Shown: positions 32,574 through 40,478, counted from the first letter of the stretch. The stretch is 64,000 bases of DNA from Patescibacteria group bacterium (GCA_024239055.1 JANBVJ010000001.1:1277-65276); one strand, 5' to 3'. The notes: generated by a model not told the origin, from the letters alone. Made by a program: numbers and translations.

Positions 32574-33875
32574 ATGGCAAAGAAAGTAATAACAAAAAAG
32601 AAGCCTATTAAAAAAAAGACCGTTAAAAAGCCGGTCAAGAAACAGGCTGCAAAGAAAGCTGTAAAGAAGGTAGTTAAGAAAGCTGTAAAGAAGATAATTA
32701 AGAAAGCCCCAAAGAAAGCTGTAAAGAAGGCAGTTAAAAAAGCTTCAAAGAAGGCTCCAATACAAAGAAGGCAGCGTGGTCTTGTAGTTGCCAAGACTAA
32801 GAGCAGGAAAAAGGTGGTACGAGAAGAGGATATTCAAGAGCTCATGGAGAAAGGAAGACTTAGGGGATTTGTGACGTATTCTGAGATACTACAGCAGTTT
32901 CCTGAAATTGAAAAAGATATTGAGGGTTTGGAGAATCTATATGAGACATTTGAGAAAAATGGCATGGCAGTGCAGGAAGTTAGGGAATATTTAGAGATTG
33001 AAAAACCACAAGAAGAATTGGATCGTGAAGCAGTAGACAAGAAGGCTCCTTTGGATCCCGTACAGATGTATTTAAAAGAGATTGGGCAGGTAGCTTTTCT
33101 TACGGCGGAGCAGGAAAAGAGTTTGTCTAAGAAAATTGAGAAAGGAGATGATGAGGCAAGAAAGCATTTGGCTCGGGCTAACCTGCGACTCGTTGTTTCT
33201 ATTGCAAAAAGATATGTTGGAAGGTCTCCTAATCTTACATTATTAGACTTGATTCAGGAGGGAAACCTAGGATTATTCCGGGCAGTAGAAAAGTTTGACT
33301 GGCGGAGAGGTTATAAGTTCTCAACATATGCCACATGGTGGATTAGACAAGCTGTTACCAGAGCTCTTGCGGATCAGGCAAGAACTATTCGTATTCCTGT
33401 TCACATGATTGAGACAATTTCAAAGTATACTCAAGTAAGAAGACGTCTTCTGCAGGATTTGGGAAGAGAACCGTTGGCTGAGGAGATTGCAGCTGAAATG
33501 GGTCTTGAGGTAGACAGGGTTAGGCATATTCAGAAAATCTCACAAGAAACTGTTTCCTTAGAAACACCAGTGGGAGAGGACAGGGAGGATAGTGTTTTAG
33601 CTGAGTTTGTAGAGGATGAGAAGGTTCCGCCTCCTTCAGTGGATGCAGCCAGAACTTTGCTGCGTGAGAGATTAAAAGAGATTTTAAAGGATCTTACTCC
33701 AAGGGAGCAGAAGATATTGGCAATGAGATTTGGTTTGGATGATGGTATTACCCATACCTTAGAGGAGGTAGGTGTACAGTTTGGAGTAACGCGTGAGAGA
33801 ATTCGTCAGATTGAAGCTAAATCTTTAGAGAGAATACGGGAACATAGGAACCTAAAGAAGTTGCACGGATACTAA
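32574..33875 (+). CDS. rpoD: RNA polymerase sigma-70 factor with a lysine-rich N-terminal tail
   Basis: 433-aa ORF with region 2 ([37 protein letters not shown]), region 3 and region 4 ([23 protein letters not shown]). The first ~65 aa are AKKAVKK-type repeats. Confidence 0.93.
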   Translation: MAKKVITKKKPIKKKTVKKPVKKQAAKKAVKKVVKKAVKKIIKKAPKKAVKKAVKKASKKAPIQRRQRGLVVAKTKSRKKVVREEDIQELMEKGRLRGFVTYSEILQQFPEIEKDIEGLENLYETFEKNGMAVQEVREYLEIEKPQEELDREAVDKKAPLDPVQMYLKEIGQVAFLTAEQEKSLSKKIEKGDDEARKHLARANLRLVVSIAKRYVGRSPNLTLLDLIQEGNLGLFRAVEKFDWRRGYKFSTYATWWIRQAVTRALADQARTIRIPVHMIETISKYTQVRRRLLQDLGREPLAEEIAAEMGLEVDRVRHIQKISQETVSLETPVGEDREDSVLAEFVEDEKVPPPSVDAARTLLRERLKEILKDLTPREQKILAMRFGLDDGITHTLEEVGVQFGVTRERIRQIEAKSLERIREHRNLKKLHGY

Positions 33876-33915
33876 GTAACTTTACATTCCTAGTTCGATA
33901 TGAGATACTAATCTC

Positions 33916-34605
33916 ATGGGATATGCTGGGAAATTAGAGCTACAAGATAAGGCGCGGCGTTTAAGAGAGGCTGGTTTTTCTATTCAAACTATTGAGAATA
34001 AACTTAGAGTTTCTCGTTCTTCAGCTAGTATTTGGGTTCGAGATGTTCCATTAACAAAAAAGCAGATTGAGAGACTCTATTTGAATAAGAAAACGGGAGG
34101 TTTAAAAGGAAGTTTCATAGCATCAGAAAATAAGAAAAGAGCAACTAAGGAATCAATCAGAAAGTTTACTGAGAAAGGAATAAAGGATGTTGGAAAACTT
34201 TTAAAGCGTGACAGATTTATAGCTGGTATTGCTTTATATTTTGCTGAAGGAACTAAAAGTGGTCGTAGTAATGTATCTTTTAGTAATTCAGATCCTCAGT
34301 CCGTTGTTTTTATGATGAGCTGGTTGAGAGAATTTTGTAATGTTCAAGAAAGCAAGTTTCGTTGTAGTATATATCTTCATGATAATTTGAATGAAAATAA
34401 AGCAAAGAGATTTTGGGCAAAAATTACTCATATACCCCTTGCACAATTTCGAAAAACGTATATTGTAGAAAACAGGAAAAATAGGTTACGAAGAACAAAA
34501 CATGAATATGGAGTATGTCGAATAACAGTAAGTAATACTATCCTACATAGGCGAATAATGGGATGGATAGCAGGGCTATTCCAAAATATAGATATTCCGC
34601 GGTAG
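33916..34605 (+). CDS. Hypothetical protein with an N-terminal HTH and a LAGLIDADG-like motif (possible free-standing homing-endonuclease-like or regulatory protein)
   Basis: 229-aa AT-rich ORF. The HTH-like segment is ARRLREAGFSIQTIENKLRVSRSSASIWV. The segment FIAGIALYFAEGTKSGRSNVSFSNSD resembles the LAGLIDADG helix plus acidic residue plus beta-strand. Its last 10 nt overlap tRNA-Asn. The function call is tentative. Confidence 0.45.
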   Translation: MGYAGKLELQDKARRLREAGFSIQTIENKLRVSRSSASIWVRDVPLTKKQIERLYLNKKTGGLKGSFIASENKKRATKESIRKFTEKGIKDVGKLLKRDRFIAGIALYFAEGTKSGRSNVSFSNSDPQSVVFMMSWLREFCNVQESKFRCSIYLHDNLNENKAKRFWAKITHIPLAQFRKTYIVENRKNRLRRTKHEYGVCRITVSNTILHRRIMGWIAGLFQNIDIPR

Positions 34606-34667
34606 CTCAACGGTAGAGCAGAGGATTGTTAATCCTTTGGTTGCAGGTTCGAATCCTGCCCGCGGAG
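34596..34667 (+). tRNA. tRNA-Asn (anticodon GTT), no encoded CCA
   Basis: TCCGCGGTAGCTCAACGGTAGAGCAGAGGATTGTTAATCCTTTGGTTGCAGGTTCGAATCCTGCCCGCGGAG. The acceptor stem is TCCGCGG/CCGCGGA, the anticodon loop is TTGTTAA, and the T-arm is GCAGGTTCGAATCCTGC. Confidence 0.92.
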
Positions 34668-34707
34668 CAAACCTTGACAGGGAGTTGAAAAGTAGTACTT
34701 TGAGTTA

Positions 34708-34826
34708 AAGGGTAGGATGAGTTAAAATCTCGCTGTTTACGGGAAGTGTCAAAAATACGCTCCCCATCATGAGGACTAGCGGGGGTAAAACGAACCTCGA
34801 CACTTCTCATCCTACCTTTTTTCTTT
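34708..34826 (+). ncRNA. Orphan structured small-RNA candidate (~120 nt), family unknown
   Basis: TTGACA at 34674-34679, then a 16-nt spacer and TACTTT. The transcript would begin near GGGTAGGATGAG. The closing stem GGGTAGGATGA/TCATCCTACC stacks on GAAGTGTC/GACACTTC and is followed by TTTTTTCTTTTT. There is no plausible ORF on this strand. Confidence 0.4.
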
Positions 34827-34942
34827 TTATACGAAGTTTAGCTCTCCCGTTTCTCTCTTAATACTAACCCAATCTAGAGTTCTAAACTTGTTCAGTAGGG
34901 GGAGCAAAATATTGACAGTACCATAGAAATATGGTATTGTTT
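34817..34942 (+). repeat. Promoter-module repeat, copy 1 (subfamily A)
   Basis: T-run, CT-rich tract ...CTCTCCCGTTTCTCTCTTAATACTAACCCAATCTAGAGTTCTAAACTTGTTCAGTAGGGGGAGCAAAATA, then TTGACA (34912-34917), a 17-nt spacer GTACCATAGAAATATGG, and TATTGT (34935-34940). Confidence 0.85.
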
Positions 34943-34987
34943 TTGTAAGATCTTTACAACTAGATTCATATGTGAAAGGAGTCTTTG

Positions 34988-35755
34988 ATGGCTTTGAAAC
35001 GAATTAAACAGATAAATACAGAGTCAGTTACTAGACTTCATGCTAGAGTCTGGGGAGACTTTTCCAAGATTGATGGTGAGGTTCATTATATCTATGGCGA
35101 TGTCTCTTGTATAACTGGCCATGTCTCTAATCCAAGAGATGATACCTTTGGTCTCTTTGGTGATGTTTCTAATCTCAGTGGCGATGTCTCTAATATAAGA
35201 GGAAAGATCTCTTATAATCTCAGTGGTGATCTCTCTGGTCTAAGTGGCGATGTTTCTAAACTTAGTGGCGATGTCTCTGAGATAACTGGCGATATTGGTC
35301 TTGAAGGTGATGTCTCTGGTCTAAGTGGCGATGTTTCTAAACTTAGTGGCGATGTCTCTGAGATAACTGGCGATATTTCTGGTCTCAGTGGTTATGTTAA
35401 TAATTTCACAATCTGGAATAATAACCTTGATATAACTGGTGATGTCTCTGAGATAACTGGCGATATTTCTGGTCTCAGTGGCGATGTCTCTGGTCTCAGT
35501 GGCGATGTCTCTCGTATCAAAGGTGATGTCTCTGGTATCAGTGGCGATGTCTCTCGTATCATTGGAAATGTCTCTGCTATCAGTGGCGATGTCTCTCGTA
35601 TCATTGGAAATGTCTCTGCTATCAGTGGTGATGTTTCTAAACTTAGTGGCGATGTCTCTGGTCTCACCGGTGATGTCTCTGAATTAAGTGGTGATGCCAC
35701 TAACATTGTTGGAGACGTGACTGACTTGAAAGGTTCTATTGAGGACCTTACATAA
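34988..35755 (+). CDS. Protein built almost entirely of 7-residue repeats (consensus GDVSxLS)
   Basis: ATG at 34988 preceded by AAGGAG; the track starts 3 nt earlier at TTG. About 30 consecutive heptads read (S/T)GDVSx(L/I). There is no signal peptide. I recognise no family. Confidence 0.7.
   Translation: MALKRIKQINTESVTRLHARVWGDFSKIDGEVHYIYGDVSCITGHVSNPRDDTFGLFGDVSNLSGDVSNIRGKISYNLSGDLSGLSGDVSKLSGDVSEITGDIGLEGDVSGLSGDVSKLSGDVSEITGDISGLSGYVNNFTIWNNNLDITGDVSEITGDISGLSGDVSGLSGDVSRIKGDVSGISGDVSRIIGNVSAISGDVSRIIGNVSAISGDVSKLSGDVSGLTGDVSELSGDATNIVGDVTDLKGSIEDLT
35090..35700 (+). repeat. 21-bp-period coding tandem repeats with longer exact internal duplications
   Basis: Exact 64-bp copies lie at 35233-35296 and 35314-35377. 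Exact 41-bp copies lie at 35351-35391 and 35441-35481. A perfect 42-bp tandem duplication spans 35539-35580 and 35581-35622. Confidence 0.9.
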
Positions 35756-35803
35756 GAGAAAGTTCCTTCATAAAACAAAGAACTCAAGGTAATCTTAATT
35801 ACC

Positions 35804-35842
35804 AACCGCTTTAACCTTTTGGAGGATGAGCGGTTTTCTTTT
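35804..35842 (+). terminator. Intrinsic terminator of cassette 1
   Basis: AACCGCT ... AGCGGTT stem followed by TTTCTTTT, running into repeat copy 2. Confidence 0.55.
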
Positions 35843-35956
35843 ATATAAAGTTTAATTCTTTCATCTCTCTCTTAATATTTATCCAATCAAGAGTTCTGAA
35901 CTTGTCCAGTTGGGGGAGCCAATTATTGACAGTATCATTAAAGCATGGTACTGTTA
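35834..35956 (+). repeat. Promoter-module repeat, copy 2 (subfamily B)
   Basis: TTTTCTTTTATATAAAG...TTATCCAATCAAGAGTTCTGAACTTGTCCAGTTGGGGGAGCCAATTA, then TTGACA (35926-35931), a 17-nt spacer GTATCATTAAAGCATGG, and TACTGT (35949-35954). Confidence 0.85.
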
Positions 35957-36102
35957 GTAAGTTCAATTTAAGAAACCGCTTATACGGTTTATCGAGGAGA
36001 CTAAATTATTTTACTATTTATAGTTCCATTGTTTAGGAATGTATGTGATCTCCTTAATATTGTTTGAGGAGTTTTTTATTGGGCTAAATTTACAAATTAT
36101 AA

Positions 36103-37896
36103 ATGGAAATACGAAACATAGCTATTATTGCTCATGTTGATCATGGCAAGACTGCGCTTACCGATGCTATCTTAAAGCAGACAGGAGCTTCAGATGGTGA
36201 AGTAAGTATGGATTCAGACACACTCGAGAAGGAGCGTGGTATTACGATATATTCAAAAAATGCTTCTGTAATATATAACAATACGAAGATTAATATTGTA
36301 GATACTCCTGGGCATGCAGACTTTGGTTCTGAAGTAGAGCGCATACTGCGTTCTATTGATTCTGTACTATTAGTTGTGGATGCTGCTGAGGGACCAATGC
36401 CACAAACACGTTTTGTACTTAAAAAGTCTTTGGAGCTTGGATTAAAGCCCATATTAGTAATTAATAAGATTGATAAACCAACTGCAGATATAGATTGCGT
36501 ACATAATGATGTATTTGAGTTGTTCTCAGAGCTTGGTGCAACAGAAGAGCAATTAGATTTTCCTGTAATATATGGAGTTGCGAGAGATGGAATAATGAAG
36601 AGTGACATGAATGACGAAGGAAAAGATATAACCCCAGTATTAGATATGATATTAAAGCATGTGCCAGTTGCATCAAAAGATATGGATAAACCATTTCGTG
36701 CACAACCATTTAACTTAGCGTATGATAATTTCTTGGGAAGATTGGCTATTGTCCGTGTATATAGTGGAAGTGTTACAGTTGGAGATACCATCTTTGTAAG
36801 AAAGCCAAGTGGAGAGACTACGAGCCATAAAGTAATAAAGTTATTTACCTTTGAAGGAATTGAAAGAAAGGATGTAGATATAGTAGAGGCTGGAGATACT
36901 GCTATTATTGCAGGACTTCCTGATGTATATATTGGAGATACTCTAGGAAAGTCTGAGGATACAGAATTACTTGAAGGTATTTCAGTAGATGAGCCTACTA
37001 TTGAACTTACATTTTTAGTGAATGATTCTCCTTTTACTGGAAGAGAAGGAAAGTTTGTTACAAGTCGTCAGATACGAGAGCGTCTAGAAAAGGAATTAGA
37101 AGTAAACGTAGGATTGAAGATTGATTTTGATTCAGAGTCTGCAGAAAAGTTTGTTGTATATGGAAGAGGAGAACTTCATGTTGCTATTTTAATTGAGAAT
37201 ATGCGAAGAGAAGGATATGAACTTCAGGTTTCACAACCCCAAGTTATTATTAAAGAAATTAATGGAGTAAAGTCAGAACCATTTGAAGAGGTAATAGTAG
37301 ATATTCCAGAAGAGTTTCAGGGAACAGTTATTGAGAAATTATCTACTCGTGGAGCGAAAATGATGGATATGGAATTAAAAGATGGACGTGCCTTTATTCA
37401 GTTTGAAGGACCAAGTCGTGGTTTATTTGGATATAGAAATCAGTTTGTTGTAGATACAAAGGGAACTGGAATTTTAGCAACTCGTGTAATTGAGTATCGC
37501 GCGCATGTAGGAGAGATACCACATAAAAAAGCGGGATCTATGATCTCTGGAGTTACTGGCAAGACTTTAGGTTTTTCATTAGATAATCTTCAGACTAGAG
37601 GAACTTTATACATTAAAGAAAATACTGAGGTGTATGAGGGTATGGTTATTGGAAACACATCTAAAGGAGAACAGATGACTGTAAATCCTACAAAAGGAAA
37701 ACAGCTTACAAATATGCGCTCTTCATCTTCAGATGAAGCAATTAATCTTATAAATCCTCAGTTCATTACAATTGAGACTGGTCTTGAGATAATGGATAGA
37801 GATGAATATTTAGAAATTACACCAAAGAACGTAAGATTGCGGAAGAAGTATCTTACAGAAAATGATAGAACAAAAGCAAAGCGTGAAAATAAATAA
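36103..37896 (+). CDS. typA: Translational GTPase TypA/BipA
   Basis: 597-aa ORF with NIAIIAHVDHGKTAL (G1), DTPGHADF (G3) and NKID (G4), with EF-G-like domains. Length is typical of BipA. Confidence 0.93.
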   Translation: MEIRNIAIIAHVDHGKTALTDAILKQTGASDGEVSMDSDTLEKERGITIYSKNASVIYNNTKINIVDTPGHADFGSEVERILRSIDSVLLVVDAAEGPMPQTRFVLKKSLELGLKPILVINKIDKPTADIDCVHNDVFELFSELGATEEQLDFPVIYGVARDGIMKSDMNDEGKDITPVLDMILKHVPVASKDMDKPFRAQPFNLAYDNFLGRLAIVRVYSGSVTVGDTIFVRKPSGETTSHKVIKLFTFEGIERKDVDIVEAGDTAIIAGLPDVYIGDTLGKSEDTELLEGISVDEPTIELTFLVNDSPFTGREGKFVTSRQIRERLEKELEVNVGLKIDFDSESAEKFVVYGRGELHVAILIENMRREGYELQVSQPQVIIKEINGVKSEPFEEVIVDIPEEFQGTVIEKLSTRGAKMMDMELKDGRAFIQFEGPSRGLFGYRNQFVVDTKGTGILATRVIEYRAHVGEIPHKKAGSMISGVTGKTLGFSLDNLQTRGTLYIKENTEVYEGMVIGNTSKGEQMTVNPTKGKQLTNMRSSSSDEAINLINPQFITIETGLEIMDRDEYLEITPKNVRLRKKYLTENDRTKAKRENK

Positions 37897-37897
37897 T

Positions 37898-39112
37898 ATG
37901 TATAATAAAAGAAAATCATCAAGAAACACAAGAGTTGGTCATTCCGCATCCAATAGATTTCGTAGTGGACCCTTAAGGTTTTCTGCAAGAAGAGGTAGAA
38001 CTAAAGCTCCAAAGTTAGATATATCTTCTTTGATTAATAAGGCAGCAGAAGCTACTGCGCCAGATAAGATATTTATTCCAGAAAATTCATTTGCAGACTT
38101 TAATTTAAACTTTAAGTTATTTAAATCCATTGAGAATAATGGATATATTCATCCAACTCCTATTCAAGATAAAATTATTTCTTTGGTCTTGGAAGGAAAA
38201 GATGTAATTGGTTTAGCTAACACAGGAACTGGAAAGACAGCAGCTTTTCTTATTCCTATTATTGAAAAGATTTTAAAAAATCCAAAAGAGCAAGTTCTTA
38301 TTGTAACTCCAACTCGTGAATTGGCTCTGCAGATAGAACAAGAGCTTTATGGTCTTGCCAAGAATATGAGAATATTCTCAGCAACGTGTATTGGCGGGGA
38401 ATATATAGGAATACAGTTAAGAAAGTTACGTCGTCCTAATCACTTTATTATAGGAACTCCTGGACGTCTTATTGATTTAGTTAAAAGGGGGAATCTAAGA
38501 CTGGATGGAGTGCATACAGTAGTGTTAGATGAAGCCGATAGAATGCTTGATATGGGATTTATTAATGACATTAAATTAATAATGGCTTCTGTTCCAGAAA
38601 AAAGACAGACATTATGTTTCTCAGCAACAATGTCAAAAAAGATTGAACTCCTTACTTCAGACTTCTTAAAGAATCCAAGAACAGTTTCTGTAAAGATTAC
38701 GGAGACTCCAAATACTATCGAGCAAGATATTATTAAAGTTCGTAGCTCAAATAAAATGGATGTTTTATATAATTTACTTAAAAAGAATGAATTTAAGAAA
38801 GTTTTAGTATTTGGACGAACAAAACGTGGAGTAGAGAACTTATCACGCGCACTAACAAAACGCGGAATGAAAGTAGAGTCTATTCATTCAGACAAATCAC
38901 AAACTCAGAGAAAGAGAGCTTTAGAAAATTTTAAGACTAATCGTGTGCAGACTTTAGTGGCTACTGATGTTGCTGCTCGAGGAATACATATTAATGATGT
39001 AACACACGTTATTAACTATGAGGTTCCAGAAACCTATGATGATTATGTACATAGAATAGGAAGAACCGGACGAGGAACTCAAAGAGGAAAGGCTTTAACC
39101 TTTGTTGATTAA
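37898..39112 (+). CDS. DEAD-box ATP-dependent RNA helicase
   Basis: The start MYNKRKSS lies at ATG 37898, just after the typA stop; the track ORF starts at 37862, inside typA. Motifs are ANTGTGKTAAF, PTRELA, DEAD (VLDEADRMLDMGF), SAT and HRIGRTGRG. Confidence 0.92.
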   Translation: MYNKRKSSRNTRVGHSASNRFRSGPLRFSARRGRTKAPKLDISSLINKAAEATAPDKIFIPENSFADFNLNFKLFKSIENNGYIHPTPIQDKIISLVLEGKDVIGLANTGTGKTAAFLIPIIEKILKNPKEQVLIVTPTRELALQIEQELYGLAKNMRIFSATCIGGEYIGIQLRKLRRPNHFIIGTPGRLIDLVKRGNLRLDGVHTVVLDEADRMLDMGFINDIKLIMASVPEKRQTLCFSATMSKKIELLTSDFLKNPRTVSVKITETPNTIEQDIIKVRSSNKMDVLYNLLKKNEFKKVLVFGRTKRGVENLSRALTKRGMKVESIHSDKSQTQRKRALENFKTNRVQTLVATDVAARGIHINDVTHVINYEVPETYDDYVHRIGRTGRGTQRGKALTFVD

Positions 39113-39145
39113 AATTGTAGTATTTTAATTTATACACCACTTAAC

Positions 39146-39268
39146 TTTTTTATATAAAAGAAAATATTTCTCTTATTTCTTCTTTAATTCTTATCCAATC
39201 CAGAGTTCTGAACTTGTCCAGTAGAGCGAGCCAATTATTGACAGTATCACAGAGATGTGGTACTTTTG
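39146..39268 (+). repeat. Promoter-module repeat, copy 3 (subfamily B)
   Basis: TTTTTTATATAAAAG...TTCTTATCCAATCCAGAGTTCTGAACTTGTCCAGTAGAGCGAGCCAATTA, then TTGACA (39238-39243), a 17-nt spacer GTATCACAGAGATGTGG, and TACTTT (39261-39266). Confidence 0.85.
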
Positions 39269-39299
39269 CTTTACAAATGATGCAAGGGAGGAGGATTTA

Positions 39300-39857
39300 A
39301 TGCGAGAGATCATAGTGACAGTAGGCCCTCAGGCGTCTGGAAAATCGAGCTTCTGTGAGAGAGTAGTTACACTCGATCCGTTAATTATGTTGGTAAGTCG
39401 AGATACCATACTTACTGAACTCTTCGGAGGAACCTTACTTAGTTCATATACGGATGCACACATGTACGCCCTTGAACAAATGTGGGAAGTTGTTGAAGAG
39501 CAGCTTAAATCTTCTTCTTTGAAGATGATACTCGATACCTGGAATGGATCTTCAGATGAACGGCATCAAATCATTCGCAAGCTCCGATATCTCGGCGCTG
39601 ATCGGATTACTGCTTGGTATTTCGTAACGCCGATAGAGTCGGTTGAAGCATGGTTTTGGCAGAAACCAGGCATTGCGAAAATTGGGGAGATGAGAACACG
39701 AAAAGATGAAGGGTTGGTGTTCTACTTGGAAGATGCCCCTCGACGAGATTATGAGATCTTTCATCGGCTGGCATCGGGAATTACCTCTGAGGGTTTCGAT
39801 GCAATGGTAAAGATCAATCCTCTCGTCATGAGGCCAGAACAGGTAGCTGAGTTTTAG
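39300..39857 (+). CDS. P-loop kinase of the AAA_33 / polynucleotide-kinase-like type
   Basis: The start MREIIVTVGPQASGKSSF is preceded by GGGAGGAGG. The track start at 39255 lies inside the promoter. It has Walker A GPQASGKS followed by SRD and ILDTWN segments in the order seen in PNK-like kinases. The family call is tentative. Confidence 0.6.
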   Translation: MREIIVTVGPQASGKSSFCERVVTLDPLIMLVSRDTILTELFGGTLLSSYTDAHMYALEQMWEVVEEQLKSSSLKMILDTWNGSSDERHQIIRKLRYLGADRITAWYFVTPIESVEAWFWQKPGIAKIGEMRTRKDEGLVFYLEDAPRRDYEIFHRLASGITSEGFDAMVKINPLVMRPEQVAEF

Positions 39858-39926
39858 AAGTAGGATCTCAATAGTTAGTCAAAAAGTGAGGGAAGGCATA
39901 TTGTAAGATTTGTTAGTACCTCGCTC

Positions 39927-40059
39927 TTTTTTTATATAAAACTCAATTCTTTCATTTCTTTCTTTAATTCCCTAATATATCTCCAATCTTCCAGAATTAT
40001 AATAAGGTTTGGACTGGGGAGCCAACTATTGACAATACCATAGAAATATGGTATCCTTT
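39927..40059 (+). repeat. Promoter-module repeat, copy 4 (divergent, with insertion)
   Basis: TTTTTTTATATAAAACTCAATTCTTTCATTTCTTTCTTTAATTCC...GGGGAGCCAACTA, then TTGACA (40029-40034), a 17-nt spacer ATACCATAGAAATATGG, and TATCCT (40052-40057). Confidence 0.8.
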
Positions 40060-40125
40060 TATTAGTAACAGTGAATCTTGTAATACACGCTATTTACAAT
40101 TAATTCAGGGAGAGGAATAAGGACC

Positions 40126-40311
40126 ATGATGTTTTTCGCAGCAGTATTTTTGTTGATAAACGCTGCTCTCTGTGGCGCAGTTATCGGCTCAAGCTGGGGT
40201 GGTAAAGCGAGTATTCTGGCTTTCATAGGATACCTGATTATAGAGTCAGCGATTCTCTATTTTCTTCTTAGAAAACCAAACTACTCAAAGTCCTCAACTG
40301 GCAGACTATAA
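40126..40311 (+). CDS. Small two-TM membrane peptide (61 aa)
   Basis: GGGAGAGG lies upstream of ATGATG. There are two hydrophobic helices (FFAAVFLLINAALCGAVIG; ILAFIGYLIIESAILYFLL). A hairpin CTGGC/GCCAG plus T-run overlaps the stop. Confidence 0.5.
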   Translation: MMFFAAVFLLINAALCGAVIGSSWGGKASILAFIGYLIIESAILYFLLRKPNYSKSSTGRL

Positions 40312-40318
40312 ACGCCAG

Positions 40319-40441
40319 TTTTCTTTTACACAAAACTTATCTCTCCCATTTCTTTCTTAATTCTTATCCAATCCAGGGTTCTAAACTTGTTCAGTAGGAG
40401 GAGCCAAGTATTGACAATATCATAGAAATATGGTATTGTTT
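40319..40441 (+). repeat. Promoter-module repeat, copy 5 (subfamily A)
   Basis: ...ATCTCTCCCATTTCTTTCTTAATTCTTATCCAATCCAGGGTTCTAAACTTGTTCAGTAGGAGGAGCCAAGTA, then TTGACA (40411-40416), a 17-nt spacer ATATCATAGAAATATGG, and TATTGT (40434-40439). Confidence 0.85.
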
Positions 40442-40478
40442 ATTTAGTAAAGTAGCGCCTATGATCTAGGAGAGATAA

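Noticed and set aside
34607-34810. 67-aa minus-strand ORF
   Set aside because: It overlaps tRNA-Asn and the sRNA-like hairpin. It has no RBS and an odd composition, so it is most likely an artefact of structured-RNA sequence.
34708-34826. SRP (4.5S) RNA call, considered because of the CGCUGUUUAC match to E. coli CUCUGUUUAC
   Set aside because: The defining helix-8 elements (GNRA/GGAA tetraloop followed by GGAAGCAGCC and the matching 5' strand) are absent. It is kept only as an RNA of unknown family.
35090-35700. Regularly spaced 21-bp repeats that might be taken for a CRISPR array
   Set aside because: The period is 21 bp with no unique spacers. The repeats lie in one long open reading frame with a good RBS and encode the GDVSxLS heptad. 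No cas genes are present.
36033-36134. 33-codon upstream ORF (MYVISLILFEEFF...) overlapping the typA start out of frame
   Set aside because: It has no RBS and a low-complexity hydrophobic sequence. It is better explained as part of the structured leader.
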